Part shown: positions 9,197 through 18,407 of the stretch, piece by piece
Position numbering within the stretch: the stretch's first letter is position 1
How the letters are laid out: each line of letters starts with the position of its first letter
Source of the DNA: Anaerolineae bacterium
GTDB lineage: Bacteria > Chloroflexota > Anaerolineae > B4-G1 > DUEL01
Direction of reading: 5' to 3'
DNA length: 64,000 nucleotides
Assembly: GCA_050049355.1 (NCBI GenBank)
Contig: JASFWK010000002.1
Location: 3,412-67,411 of the forward strand
Translations under genes and position numbers: made by a program
The notes under the pieces: generated by a model
Database searches by the model: none
Told to the model about the DNA's origin: nothing
The model's input: the letters and a program-made list of their open reading frames with translations, nothing else

Positions 9197-9427
9197 CTAC
9201 TCCCGGGCCTGTTCGGTATCAGCCAGCATTCGCTCCCAGTTCTCCCAGACCGGCTTTCTGATCTTGGCTAGCTTGCCCACCCATGAGATGTACCACTCCC
9301 AGCCGCAGTTAGGACAGGTGGCCCTCTCCGCCTTCGGTGGGGGGCGAAAGCGGACAGAGCAGTAATGGCACCGTATCTCCCCAACACGTTTCTTCCTGTT
9401 CTTGGCAGCCTTAGTCTTCGCCGTCAT
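9197..9427 (-). CDS. small basic zinc-ribbon protein, function unknown
   Basis: 76 aa with a Lys/Arg-rich N-terminus and CHYC-x17-CPNC. Tightly packed between the thiolase and aor genes (gaps of 25 and 11 nt). Confidence 0.5.
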   Translation of the reverse strand: MTAKTKAAKNRKKRVGEIRCHYCSVRFRPPPKAERATCPNCGWEWYISWVGKLAKIRKPVWENWERMLADTEQARE

Positions 9428-9452
9428 CTTCCCCCCTCCCGCACGCCGCCTG

Positions 9453-10658
9453 TCAGACAGTGACTTTGAGGACTACCCCCGCGCCCGTATCGCCGGCGGC
9501 GCAGCCAACAAACAGGCCATGCCCTCCCCCCGTCAGGGTCAACTCTTCGATCATCTCAATGATCAGCCGGTGACCAGTGGGACCCTGTGGATGCCCCCAG
9601 ATGAGGGACGAGCCGTAGTTATTCATCGTTTCCGGCTTCACCCCCATCTCGCGGCAGAAGTAGACGTCGTTCACCGCGAAGGGGTTATGGGTCTTGATCA
9701 CCCGCACATCCCTGATGGAGATATCAGCTCGGGAAAGCGCCTGCTGCGCTGCCGGAACGATGGCCTTGGCCATGTACCCCTTCTCGGCCCGCCCTTCCCC
9801 GTAGGATAGAACCTGGATCTCGATCGCGGGATCGCGGCTCAGCTCCCGTGCCCTCTCCCGCGTGGTAACGATGATCCCACAGTTGCCATCGGCGGGGTAG
9901 GTCTGGGTGCCATAGGTAACTGTGCCCCCCTTGATGACCGGATTGAGCTTGGCCAAACCCGCATCCGTGGTGGGGAATACCCCCTCGTCGCCCTCGACAG
10001 TGGCCACGACCTTGCGTCCTCGCGCATCCTTCACCTCGATGGGCAGAGGCATGAAGCGACGCAGGAAGGCGGAGTCGTCCTTGAGCGCATCGCCATACTG
10101 CTCGTGGCGCAGAACCGTCATCTCGTCCTGCTCTTCCCTGGTGATACCTGCCTCCCTGGCAACATTCTCCGCCGTCTCGACCATGGCGTTCTTGGCAAAA
10201 GGATCGTATCCAAAGTTGTCCCAGACCCAGTCCTCCGCCTCGCCCTTGCCACCCGGCCCAAGCGGATTGGGGTAGTAGATGTGAGGGCCATTGCTGCATC
10301 GATCGGCGGTGATACTGAGCAGGACCCGATTCTCGCCGATCTCAACCTCACCTGCAGCGCTGGCGACCACCCGAGCTCCCGTCGCACAGGCCTGGCTGAT
10401 GATGGGACCGGTGGCAGCCTCTGCTCCGATGAGGCCGGCCAACCAGGGCCCTCCGTAGAAGGCGTGCTTCTGCGGGATCGTCAGTCCCAGAAGGACGGAG
10501 TCAAAGACCTGGGCGGGGATCTCCCGCTCGTCAAGGGCTCGCCTGGTGATCTCCGCCGCGAACGGGACAGCGTTGAGGTGGGCGAAACTTCCCTGCCAGC
10601 GGCAGAACGGCGTACTCCAGTACCCCCCGTATGGGATGTAGGCCTTTTCGAAGAACAT
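9453..10658 (-). CDS. thiolase-family protein (acetyl-CoA C-acyltransferase-like)
   Basis: 401 aa with an active-site Cys context (IISQACATGARV) and a C-terminal GHPQGPTG...GCAAGDTG thiolase signature. Confidence 0.85.
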   Translation of the reverse strand: MFFEKAYIPYGGYWSTPFCRWQGSFAHLNAVPFAAEITRRALDEREIPAQVFDSVLLGLTIPQKHAFYGGPWLAGLIGAEAATGPIISQACATGARVVASAAGEVEIGENRVLLSITADRCSNGPHIYYPNPLGPGGKGEAEDWVWDNFGYDPFAKNAMVETAENVAREAGITREEQDEMTVLRHEQYGDALKDDSAFLRRFMPLPIEVKDARGRKVVATVEGDEGVFPTTDAGLAKLNPVIKGGTVTYGTQTYPADGNCGIIVTTRERARELSRDPAIEIQVLSYGEGRAEKGYMAKAIVPAAQQALSRADISIRDVRVIKTHNPFAVNDVYFCREMGVKPETMNNYGSSLIWGHPQGPTGHRLIIEMIEELTLTGGGHGLFVGCAAGDTGAGVVLKVTV

Positions 10659-10828
10659 GGCATGAACCTCCTGGTCTACTCTAGTTTGCAGTCACCGGCA
10701 GCCAGACGGAGTGCCCTCTGCTCAACCCTGGCTGCAAGGGTCGGGATTGGGGCTGTCAGGGGGACACAGCGTCGACCAGCGACAAGATGGGCCACACTGC
10801 ACCGGAGATGTCTTCCAGACGCTGAGAA

Positions 10829-11476
10829 TCAAGCAGCACAGCAGACGTGGACTACCTCCTCCCCCTCAGCCTCCAACGCTGGCACCAGGACCTCCTCCTC
10901 AACGCCCTCCAGGCGAAAGACGAGATAGACGTGCTCTGGGGCCTCGCCCCGGAACACCGCTACGGAGCAGATGTTCGCTCCCAGCCCGGCGATCACTCCA
11001 GCCAGCCGGGCCAGCTCCCCTCGCACGTCAGGCACCCGCAGCGTGACGCGCAGCGAGGCCTCCTCGCCCCCCAGGACCTCTACGAACGTCTCGAAGATGT
11101 CGGTCTCTGTGATCATACCTATCAGCTTACCCTCACGCATAACGGGCAGGCAGCCGATTCTCTTCTCCACCATGCGTCGTGCTGCCTTCTCGAGGGGGGC
11201 ATCCTCAGACACCGTAATGGGCGGGCTACTCATCACCTCCTTGACATGCAAGTTGGCCAACAGGTAGCTCGCCTCGAAGACGGTGAGGGTCGTGGCCGTT
11301 GAGGGCGAAGCATGTAGCAGGTCGGTCTGCGCCACGACGCCGATCAGTCTCCCCTCCTCACTTACCACCGGCAGGTGGCGAATCCCCTTCTCGTGGATGA
11401 TACGGAAGGCCTCGGGAAAGGATGTGAAAGGAGTGACTGTCACTGGGTCAGGAGTCATACGATCTTTCACTAACAT
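10829..11476 (-). CDS. CBS-pair plus ACT-like domain protein (AcuB-like regulator or sensor)
   Basis: Two CBS repeats (MTPDPVTV...IRHLPVV and VMSSPPITV...IGCLPVM) then a C-terminal ACT-like segment. The ATG at 11476 (MLVKDRMT) has a GGAG RBS. The ORF-track start at 11527 would overlap the upstream gene. Confidence 0.75.
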   Translation of the reverse strand: MLVKDRMTPDPVTVTPFTSFPEAFRIIHEKGIRHLPVVSEEGRLIGVVAQTDLLHASPSTATTLTVFEASYLLANLHVKEVMSSPPITVSEDAPLEKAARRMVEKRIGCLPVMREGKLIGMITETDIFETFVEVLGGEEASLRVTLRVPDVRGELARLAGVIAGLGANICSVAVFRGEAPEHVYLVFRLEGVEEEVLVPALEAEGEEVVHVCCAA

Positions 11477-11498
11477 TGGAATCTCCTCTGTGCACAAA

Positions 11499-12272
11499 TC
11501 AATCAGACGCAAACAGTGCCGCTCCAAACGCCCCCATCTCCTGTGGGTGGGGCGCGGCTTCCACGTTGATTCCCGCCCGGGCGCTCAAGAGCTCCGCCAC
11601 GATGGGGTTGAACGCGACGACCCCGCCGGTCATGATCACGCGCCCAGCCAACGGGCCCATCTCCACAACTCGCTTGGCGACCGAGTCGAACAACCCCCTA
11701 AGAATGTTGTTCAGCCTCTCGCCAGCCCTAATCCGGTCCAGTACCTCAGTGGCGGTAAACACCGTGCAATAGCTCCCGATCTCGGCGGTCTCGCTAGCGG
11801 TCTGAGCCAGATCATTGAGCTCGTCGATCGGTATGTCCAACTTGTGGGCTATCTCCTCCAGGAAAGCTCCCGTGCCAGCAGCGCACTTGCGGTTCATCTT
11901 GAAACCGGTGCGTCTGCCCTGTGCATCCAGCCTGACGATCTTACTATCCTGGCCGCCTATGTCTACCACCGTGAGAGCCTGGGGAAAGTAGTGATAGCAT
12001 CCACGACTGTGGCAAGCGATCTCGGTCTTGGTGTCCTGAGCAAAGGGCACACTCTTTCGCCCATAGCCCGTCGCCACGATGGTTTGGACGGCGCCTTGAG
12101 TGATCTCTGCCTGCTCCAGTGCTCCTTCAAATGCCGTCGTCGCCGCCAGGGCCAAGTCTGCACCAGAGCGCCGGACGAAACTCCCAAGTATCCTCCCGTC
12201 GCCATCGATGATCACAGCTTTGGTCGCCGTCGTCCCTACATCAATGCCGGCGAAGGCGGTTCTCCCAGTCAT
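11499..12272 (-). CDS. BadF/BadG/BcrA/BcrD-type ATPase: HgdC-like activator of 2-hydroxyacyl-CoA-dehydratase-type enzymes
   Basis: 257 aa with ASKHA motifs GIDVGTTATKAV, DIGGQDSK, NRKCAAGTG (cluster-bridging Cys), SYCTVF and MTGGVA. Its size matches single-subunit activases. Confidence 0.85.
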   Translation of the reverse strand: MTGRTAFAGIDVGTTATKAVIIDGDGRILGSFVRRSGADLALAATTAFEGALEQAEITQGAVQTIVATGYGRKSVPFAQDTKTEIACHSRGCYHYFPQALTVVDIGGQDSKIVRLDAQGRRTGFKMNRKCAAGTGAFLEEIAHKLDIPIDELNDLAQTASETAEIGSYCTVFTATEVLDRIRAGERLNNILRGLFDSVAKRVVEMGPLAGRVIMTGGVVAFNPIVAELLSARAGINVEAAPHPQEMGAFGAALFASD

Positions 12273-12319
12273 TCGCGATTGGTCACCTGTCAGCAGCTAG
12301 ATCCCTGACTGTCGCCAGC

Positions 12320-12412
12320 ACTTGATCACTGAGATTCTGATTTGTTGAAAGCTGCTCCCTACGCCTGCCTGCCAGGAGTTCGCATATCAGAATCCGTATG
12401 ATCAAGTACTAG
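12320..12412. repeat. 93-bp A/T-richer palindromic intergenic element, copy 1
   Basis: Identical to copy 2 (24387-24479) at about 86 of 93 positions by manual alignment. Terminal inverted repeats ACTTGATCA / TGATCAAGT and sub-terminal ATTCTGAT / ATCAGAAT. The right end supplies the TAG stop of the upstream minus-strand gene. Confidence 0.85.
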
Positions 12413-13362
12413 TGTTCCTCTGGTGCTCCCGACTCCATCTCCAGGCCCTTGACGAGTGCCGTGATGGCGAAGTTACACGGGGTCTGGACACCGAGGGCGC
12501 GGCCCCGCTCAACGATCTTGCCGTTGAGCCAGTCAATCTCGGTCGGGAGCTTCCGCAGAATGTCTTGATGCATGGAGGTCCTGTGGTATCCGGCCTTCTT
12601 CAGATACTGGATACCGTGCTCAAAGAACCCCTCATTCAGCGTCACTCCGTCGGCTTCAGCCACCGCGATCCCTTCTCGCATCAGCTCCTCAGCCAACATC
12701 TCCGTTTGCCCGAAGTCCATCATGTCCTTCATTGGCTTGCGCGTGAGAGCACACATTGCGCTAAGAGCAGCGTTGAGAATGACCTTCTCCCACTCGAACT
12801 TCTTGACGTTGGCGGCGAACTCAGTATCGAGTCCAGCGCCCGTCATGATCTGTGCCATTGTGCGGGCTAGCGGCTCGCTCTTGGGTGTCACAGGCCCGAT
12901 GTAGTTGGGCGGGTTGAAGAACGACATCGCGACGTGCCCGTCTCCCATCTGACTGCCCGCAAAGTTCACCACGATGCGCAGAACACTGTCCGACCCGAAC
13001 GTCTCGGCAAGGAACTCCTCGTTGTCGAGCCCGTTCTGGCAACTGATGAACTTGGTGCCAGGTCGTGTCACGCTCGCGAGCTCTGGGATGATCTGGGGCA
13101 GGACGGATGCCTTGGTGGAGATGATGATCGTGTCTACCTCGGGGAAGCCGGAAAGCTCAGAGATACCATACGCCACACGATCACACTCGGCGGTCATCTC
13201 CAAGACGCCCGTGATCGCAAGCCCCCTCTCCTTGATCGCGTCCAGATGGGGCTTTTGGATATCGCATAGTACCACATAGTGCCCGGCCTTGGCCAGATGT
13301 GCGCCCAGGATTCCACCGACCGGACCTACCCCGACAACAGCCATCTTGGGCTTCTTTGCCAT
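12409..13362 (-). CDS. 2-dehydropantoate 2-reductase (ApbA/PanE) family 2-oxoacid reductase
   Basis: 317 aa with an N-terminal Rossmann fold (MAVVGVGPVGGILGAHLAKAG) and a C-terminal KPR-family segment (TSMHQDI...EIDWLNG). Confidence 0.8.
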   Translation of the reverse strand: MAKKPKMAVVGVGPVGGILGAHLAKAGHYVVLCDIQKPHLDAIKERGLAITGVLEMTAECDRVAYGISELSGFPEVDTIIISTKASVLPQIIPELASVTRPGTKFISCQNGLDNEEFLAETFGSDSVLRIVVNFAGSQMGDGHVAMSFFNPPNYIGPVTPKSEPLARTMAQIMTGAGLDTEFAANVKKFEWEKVILNAALSAMCALTRKPMKDMMDFGQTEMLAEELMREGIAVAEADGVTLNEGFFEHGIQYLKKAGYHRTSMHQDILRKLPTEIDWLNGKIVERGRALGVQTPCNFAITALVKGLEMESGAPEEH

Positions 13363-13428
13363 ACTCTCAGCCCCCTTTCTCCAGTCGCCAGTCGTCAGTT
13401 GCGGTGGTCTCGGGCCACGGGCCCCCGA

Positions 13429-14997
13429 CTACCGGCCACCGGCCAATGTACCACCGTAGCGCTCACGCAGCGCCCGGTGCAAGACCTTTCCCGACCCCGT
13501 CCTCGGCATCTCCTCGTGGGACGTGAAGTGGACCGCCTTGGGCACCTTGTAGGAAGCCACCTTGCCTTTGCAGAAGGCGGTGATTTCATTCTCCCCGGGG
13601 GGACAGGCAGGGTCCTCGGGGACAACGACTGCTGTCACCGCCTCGCCCCACTTCGCGTGAGGCAAGCCAACGATCGCCACTTCCAAGACGCCAGGGTGGG
13701 AACCAATCACTTTCTCCACTTCGCTGGGATAGACGTGCTCGCCGCCAGTGATGATCAGGTTGTCTTTCCGATCCACAATCTCATAGAAGCCGTCCTCATC
13801 GCGCCTGGCCATGTCGCCGGCGCTGAACCACTCTCCCCTGAACGAGCTGGCGGTCTTCTCGGGCAGCTTGTAGTACTCGTCAAAGAGCATGGGCCCGCGG
13901 GAGTACAGCTCACCTACCTCCCCCACGCCCACCTCGTTCCCCTCCTCGTCCAGAACCTTGACGAAGTCTGTGCCCAGTGACTCGAAACCGATGGAGCCCA
14001 GCTTCCTCATCTGGTCCTCGGGCTTGAGCACAGTAACAATCCCTGCCTCCGTCGAGCCGTACGCCTCGTACAGCTCGACGCCTGGGAAGAAGTCCATTAT
14101 CGCCAACTTCATGTCCTTCCTCGCCGGGGCTGAGGAGCAGAGCAGCTTCCTCACGGAGCCCACATCGCGCTTTCTCGCCTCTTCCGACACGTTCAAGATG
14201 AGGCTGTAGTGGGTCGGGATGAGCGAGATGAATGTGATCTTCTCCCTCTCTATGATCTCCAGGATCTCATCGGCGTCGAAGGATCGTGCTGGATGGATAT
14301 AGGCACTTCCCCCGATGTACGTGAAGGTGAAGGTGAAGAAGGTGGAGTTGATGTGACACAGCGGCATGATGTTCAGACATACATCATGCTCGTTGAAGCC
14401 GAAGTCGACTGCGTTGATGAGATAGAAGGCAATGTGTGACTCGTGGGAGCGCACGACTCCCTTGGGCTTACCGGTGGTCCCCGACGTGTAGATCAGAATC
14501 CAGGTGTCCTCCGGCTCTACCTTCACCTCCGGCTCGCTCTCTGGAGCGCCGCGTATGAACTCTTCGTACGCCCTGTATCCCTCCGTCTCTTCACCTACGA
14601 CGATGTAGTTGTCCGGCCCTATGTTTGTCAGCTTCGACCTTATGGCATCCACGGCTGGCGCAAACTCGTCGTGTACGATCAGTACCTCGGCATCTGAATT
14701 GCCAACTATGTACTCTACCTCTGAGCCGACCAAGCGGAAGTTGATGGGCACGATGACGAGTCCCGTTTTCGCCGTAGCCAGGTAGACCTCCACGATCTCG
14801 ATGCTGTTCTCAAGGAGAACTGCGACCTTGTCTCCCTTGCTCAAGCCCAGCGAGAGAAGGCGGTGAGCCAGCCTGTTGACTCGGCTGTTCAGCTCTGGAT
14901 ACGTGAAACTCCTCGCGCTGTCTCTCAGCGCTGTCGTGTTCGGGAACTTCTTCGCATTTACCTTGAGTGCTTGGCCAAGATTCATCCAGTGGGCCAT
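13429..14997 (-). CDS. AMP-dependent acyl/aryl-CoA ligase (ANL superfamily)
   Basis: 522 aa with motifs YTSGTTGKPKGV, YGSTEAG, GDMARRDEDGFYEIVDRKDNLIITGGEHVYP and GSGKVL. The substrate (benzoate, other aryl acid or fatty acid) cannot be read from sequence by eye. Confidence 0.85.
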   Translation of the reverse strand: MAHWMNLGQALKVNAKKFPNTTALRDSARSFTYPELNSRVNRLAHRLLSLGLSKGDKVAVLLENSIEIVEVYLATAKTGLVIVPINFRLVGSEVEYIVGNSDAEVLIVHDEFAPAVDAIRSKLTNIGPDNYIVVGEETEGYRAYEEFIRGAPESEPEVKVEPEDTWILIYTSGTTGKPKGVVRSHESHIAFYLINAVDFGFNEHDVCLNIMPLCHINSTFFTFTFTYIGGSAYIHPARSFDADEILEIIEREKITFISLIPTHYSLILNVSEEARKRDVGSVRKLLCSSAPARKDMKLAIMDFFPGVELYEAYGSTEAGIVTVLKPEDQMRKLGSIGFESLGTDFVKVLDEEGNEVGVGEVGELYSRGPMLFDEYYKLPEKTASSFRGEWFSAGDMARRDEDGFYEIVDRKDNLIITGGEHVYPSEVEKVIGSHPGVLEVAIVGLPHAKWGEAVTAVVVPEDPACPPGENEITAFCKGKVASYKVPKAVHFTSHEEMPRTGSGKVLHRALRERYGGTLAGGR

Positions 14998-15010
14998 GGC
15001 TACCTCCCCA

Positions 15011-17089
15011 CTATATGCCTATCCGAGCGTCCACAACAAGAGCCTGATCCGCATATGCGATGACGGGATTCAAATCCATTTCTTGAATCACAGGCAGGTC
15101 AGTGACAAGCTGAGAGATGCGCTGGATGATATCTATGATCGCTCCCTCGTCCACTCCCTTCCGTCCCCGCACCCCCTTCAGCAAGGGAGCTGCCTTGATG
15201 GAGGCAAGCATCTCCTGCGCCTCGACCGCTGTGATCGGCGAGAGCTTGAAGACGACATCTTCCAGGATCTCGACGGAGATGCCACCGATTCCAAACATGA
15301 TCAGGTGTCCAAGGCCCTCCTTCGCTTTCGCCCCTACGATAACCTCCACACCATCGGGGAGGTACTTCTGGACGAAGAACCTCGGGGCGTCGGCTGCCAA
15401 CCTCTCTCCCATCTCTTCCACCACAGAACGGACAGCATCACCGTCCTTCACGTCGACTGCTACGCCGCCGACATCGGTCTTGTGCACAATTGTCTCAGCG
15501 TCGGCCTTGATCACTACAGGAAAACCAATCTCGGCAGCGGCCTCTTCGGCCTCCTGGGCGTTGTTCGCTATCCTCCATTCGGCAGTGGGGATGCCGTAGG
15601 CAGCCAGAATCTGGTAAACCTCGGTGGCGGAGAGACTCTCCCGGCCGGTCTCTCCTGCTTCCAGCAAGATACCCTCCGCCTTACCCTTGTCCACATCGTC
15701 AAACCGCCTCACCTCACCGACCTCGTGGGAACGGATCTTGTGATACCGAGTCAAAGCAGCAAGCGCCCTTGCTGCCCTCCCCGGTAAGCTGTAGCACGGG
15801 ACACCCCCGTCCCGCAGAGTCCTCAAGGTCTCCGCCCACTGGTGCTTGTCCGTCATCAAGTTACAGATGATGGGCTTCCTTCCCTCCTCGTTCACCTGAG
15901 CAATCTCTCTGGCAATGCTGTCCGTATCCACGAAGAACGGCGTGACGAAGTTGATGTAGAGGCTGTCGATGTGCGCCTCATCCATCATCACGTCCAACGC
16001 AGCCCGGAAATGTTCAGCTCCAGCAGTGGCGAGTACGTCTACAGGATTGCCGACTGCCGCTTCCGGGAATAACCTCCCTCGCAGAATCTCCTTCGCTCTG
16101 TCAGAGAGGGGAGGGATCTCCAATCCGGCGCCTACGAGGACATCTGTCGCAATGACTGCGGGACCTCCCGTGTTCGTTATCATACCCACGCGGTTGCCCC
16201 GGGCAACGGGCTGAGAGGCAAAGGCCGTAGCCGCTTGACAGAGCTCTCCTTCATCTCTGAACAAGAGTATCCCTGCCTTCTCGAAGATGACGTCGGTAGC
16301 GATATCCACTTTGGCGAGACCGCCTGTGTGGGAAGCCGCTGCCTTCGCTCCCTCCTCCGTGCGGCCTGCTTTCATGGCAAGTACAGGCTTCTTGGCCGTC
16401 ACTTCCTTGGCAACCTGCAGGAACGTCGCTGGATCCCTAAGAGCTTCGACGTACAGCACGATCACCCGCGTCCCGTCATCATCGCCATAGTATTCCAGGA
16501 TCTCCGGAATCGTGACATCGCAGGCATTCCCGTTGGAGGCATACATCCGTGTTCCGACACCCGCCTCGGAGAAGGCCTGATGGATTACCTCGGCTACGCC
16601 GCCGCTCAGAGCGACGATCGAGATGGATCCCGGCTCTGGTCTTGTGAATGTGAAGTTGCAGTACGCGCGCACCTCAGGATCTGTGTTGATGATCCCCTGG
16701 CAATTTGGGCCGAATACTCTGATGCCGGCCTCCTCAGCCCTGGCCAGGCAATCCTCCTCTATGGCCGCACCCTCGGGACCGACCTCGGCGAAGCCCCCAC
16801 CATTGAGGATGACGAACTTGACCCCCTTCTTTCCGCAGTCTTCAATCGCCTGAGGCACGAACCTGGCAGGGATGACAATGTGGACAACGTCGACATCGGT
16901 CGGAACCTCCAGGATCGATGGATACGCCTTGATGCCCTGAATCTCGTCCGCCTTGGGATTCACCGGGTAGATTGGCCCTTTGAACCCGAACTCCAGAAGG
17001 TTCTTGACAATCCTATTGCCTATCGAGAGTTCCTTCGTGGATGCACCGATGACTGCCACCGACCTAGGGTTGAACAGTGCGTCCAGCAT
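15011..17089 (-). CDS. ADP-forming (NDP-forming) acyl-CoA synthetase, fused alpha-beta type
   Basis: CoA-binding N-terminus (LFNPRSVAVIGAS...IYPVNPK), succinyl-CoA-ligase-like middle and a C-terminal ATP-grasp. The ATG at 17089 lies 1 nt after the upstream stop. The track start at 17107 is a TTG. Confidence 0.85.
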   Translation of the reverse strand: MLDALFNPRSVAVIGASTKELSIGNRIVKNLLEFGFKGPIYPVNPKADEIQGIKAYPSILEVPTDVDVVHIVIPARFVPQAIEDCGKKGVKFVILNGGGFAEVGPEGAAIEEDCLARAEEAGIRVFGPNCQGIINTDPEVRAYCNFTFTRPEPGSISIVALSGGVAEVIHQAFSEAGVGTRMYASNGNACDVTIPEILEYYGDDDGTRVIVLYVEALRDPATFLQVAKEVTAKKPVLAMKAGRTEEGAKAAASHTGGLAKVDIATDVIFEKAGILLFRDEGELCQAATAFASQPVARGNRVGMITNTGGPAVIATDVLVGAGLEIPPLSDRAKEILRGRLFPEAAVGNPVDVLATAGAEHFRAALDVMMDEAHIDSLYINFVTPFFVDTDSIAREIAQVNEEGRKPIICNLMTDKHQWAETLRTLRDGGVPCYSLPGRAARALAALTRYHKIRSHEVGEVRRFDDVDKGKAEGILLEAGETGRESLSATEVYQILAAYGIPTAEWRIANNAQEAEEAAAEIGFPVVIKADAETIVHKTDVGGVAVDVKDGDAVRSVVEEMGERLAADAPRFFVQKYLPDGVEVIVGAKAKEGLGHLIMFGIGGISVEILEDVVFKLSPITAVEAQEMLASIKAAPLLKGVRGRKGVDEGAIIDIIQRISQLVTDLPVIQEMDLNPVIAYADQALVVDARIGI

Positions 17090-17090
17090 T

Positions 17091-18338
17091 TTATCTGCGC
17101 TCCTCAAGCTGCTCCATGAAGGCCTCTATATTCGTCTCGGTCCGCTCATCAGAGAGACACCTCAGATCGTTCAGATCCCCGTCTATGATCAGACTGGGTA
17201 TACCGGTCTCCTTCTCGAGCCGCTGCGGCATACCGTAGTTGCTGTTCGAGTTATTCGGACAGGTCCGGGCATTGTGGTAGATGATGCCGTCAACCTTGAA
17301 GTAGTCCACCATCTCCTTTATGTATCTCTGCTTGGCCTCATCTGACCGCACGATAAACAACTCCGTGTAGGCCCTTGCCATGCTGGTGAACGGATCCGCA
17401 GCGTCAAAAGCAGAGAATATCCAGCTGTTGCAGTAGGTGGATGCCAGGACACACGCTTTGAGTCTGGCAAACAACACGGAGTGCACCCTCAGTCTGCCCC
17501 AGATCGGCATGCCCTCCCAATAGATCCTGAAGCGCTCGTTATCCACGGCCCCGACCTGGTTCTCAACTCTCTCCTCCAGCTCTGCAAGCAGTGTCCTGTA
17601 ATAGTCCACTGCCCCCTGGGTTCCTCTGCCCACCACTGCGGGCCCCATAAGCGTCGTGCCATCGAAGAAGGTCAAGGGAGACGGAACTGCGGCCGCCGTA
17701 TCCAGCACTTTCTTCCATAGATCAGAGCACTCCCGGGAGAGCGCCACCACTCTCTTGAGTTCTTCCATCTCAAACTGGTTAGCCGATATCTCCTCCAGAG
17801 GCTCAATCATCTGCTCCATCTGCCTGGCTACGGAGGAAACGTGGCTCTCGGTAACCTGCCCAATCCCTCTATGGGTATGAATGCCGATCAGTGGAGCCTC
17901 AAACTCCCTCGCATACCACGCAAACCAGTCCTGAATATCCCGACACTGGTTGGTGTTGAAGACCAACACATCCGGCCTGGGTATGCCTTCGATCCCCTCG
18001 TAGGCTCTTGCAAGCGGTGTCACCCCTTGGACGTAGGCGCCGATGTCGGCCGTCAGGTATGAACAGATCTCCGGTGAATAGCCAAGGGCATTGGCGTGGG
18101 GTATGAGGTCTGTGGCCATGCGGGTGGCACCCAACATCGCCGAGTGAGTCTCAGGGAAATAGACCAGAAAGCCCATAGCCCTCAGTATCTCGGCCGGGCC
18201 CACGCTTGAGCACCACGCCACCTTCCGGTCACCTGTCCTTGATGCGTGGTCAAGTTCATAGTAGTAGTCAGCCATGAACTTCTTCATCTCGCCAGCTGCC
18301 CTGATCTTCTTTCTCCTGCCCTTCCGCTCTTCAGACAT
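17091..18338 (-). CDS. 2-hydroxyacyl-CoA dehydratase / BcrB-BcrC (HgdA/HgdB) family protein, single subunit
   Basis: About 415 aa from the ATG at 18338 (GGGGGAG RBS). Family-typical features are VAWCSSVGPAEILRAMG, a conserved Cys context (TNQCRD) and C-terminal YHNARTCPNNS...IDGDLNDLR. No second dehydratase subunit gene is adjacent. Confidence 0.8.
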   Translation of the reverse strand: MSEERKGRRKKIRAAGEMKKFMADYYYELDHASRTGDRKVAWCSSVGPAEILRAMGFLVYFPETHSAMLGATRMATDLIPHANALGYSPEICSYLTADIGAYVQGVTPLARAYEGIEGIPRPDVLVFNTNQCRDIQDWFAWYAREFEAPLIGIHTHRGIGQVTESHVSSVARQMEQMIEPLEEISANQFEMEELKRVVALSRECSDLWKKVLDTAAAVPSPLTFFDGTTLMGPAVVGRGTQGAVDYYRTLLAELEERVENQVGAVDNERFRIYWEGMPIWGRLRVHSVLFARLKACVLASTYCNSWIFSAFDAADPFTSMARAYTELFIVRSDEAKQRYIKEMVDYFKVDGIIYHNARTCPNNSNSNYGMPQRLEKETGIPSLIIDGDLNDLRCLSDERTETNIEAFMEQLEERR

Positions 18339-18407
18339 AGCTCCCCCTACCTGTGAGCACGCAGCGTCCCCTCGCCTGACTACCAACGACTGGCCACCGA
18401 CCTCAGT

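Noticed and set aside
7647-9365. Very long ORFs antisense to real genes, for example 7647-9365 (+, 572 aa, opposite aor), 36355-38256 (+, 633 aa, opposite dnaE2), 33667-35028 (+, 453 aa), 18957-20186 (+, 409 aa) and 11283-12308 (+, 341 aa).
   Set aside because: Their Arg/Pro/Gly/His-rich, low-complexity composition is typical of shadow frames in GC-rich DNA. In every case the opposite strand encodes a protein with clear family motifs.
12333-12394. The GATTC...GAATC inverted repeat inside the 93-bp element as a PaaX operator (E. coli PaaX sites are TGATTC-N27-GAATCA-like).
   Set aside because: The spacing here is about 52 nt rather than about 27. The half-sites match only 5 of 6 positions. 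No sigma-70-like promoter could be found in the element on the coding (minus) strand. It is kept only as a testable idea under the repeat finding.
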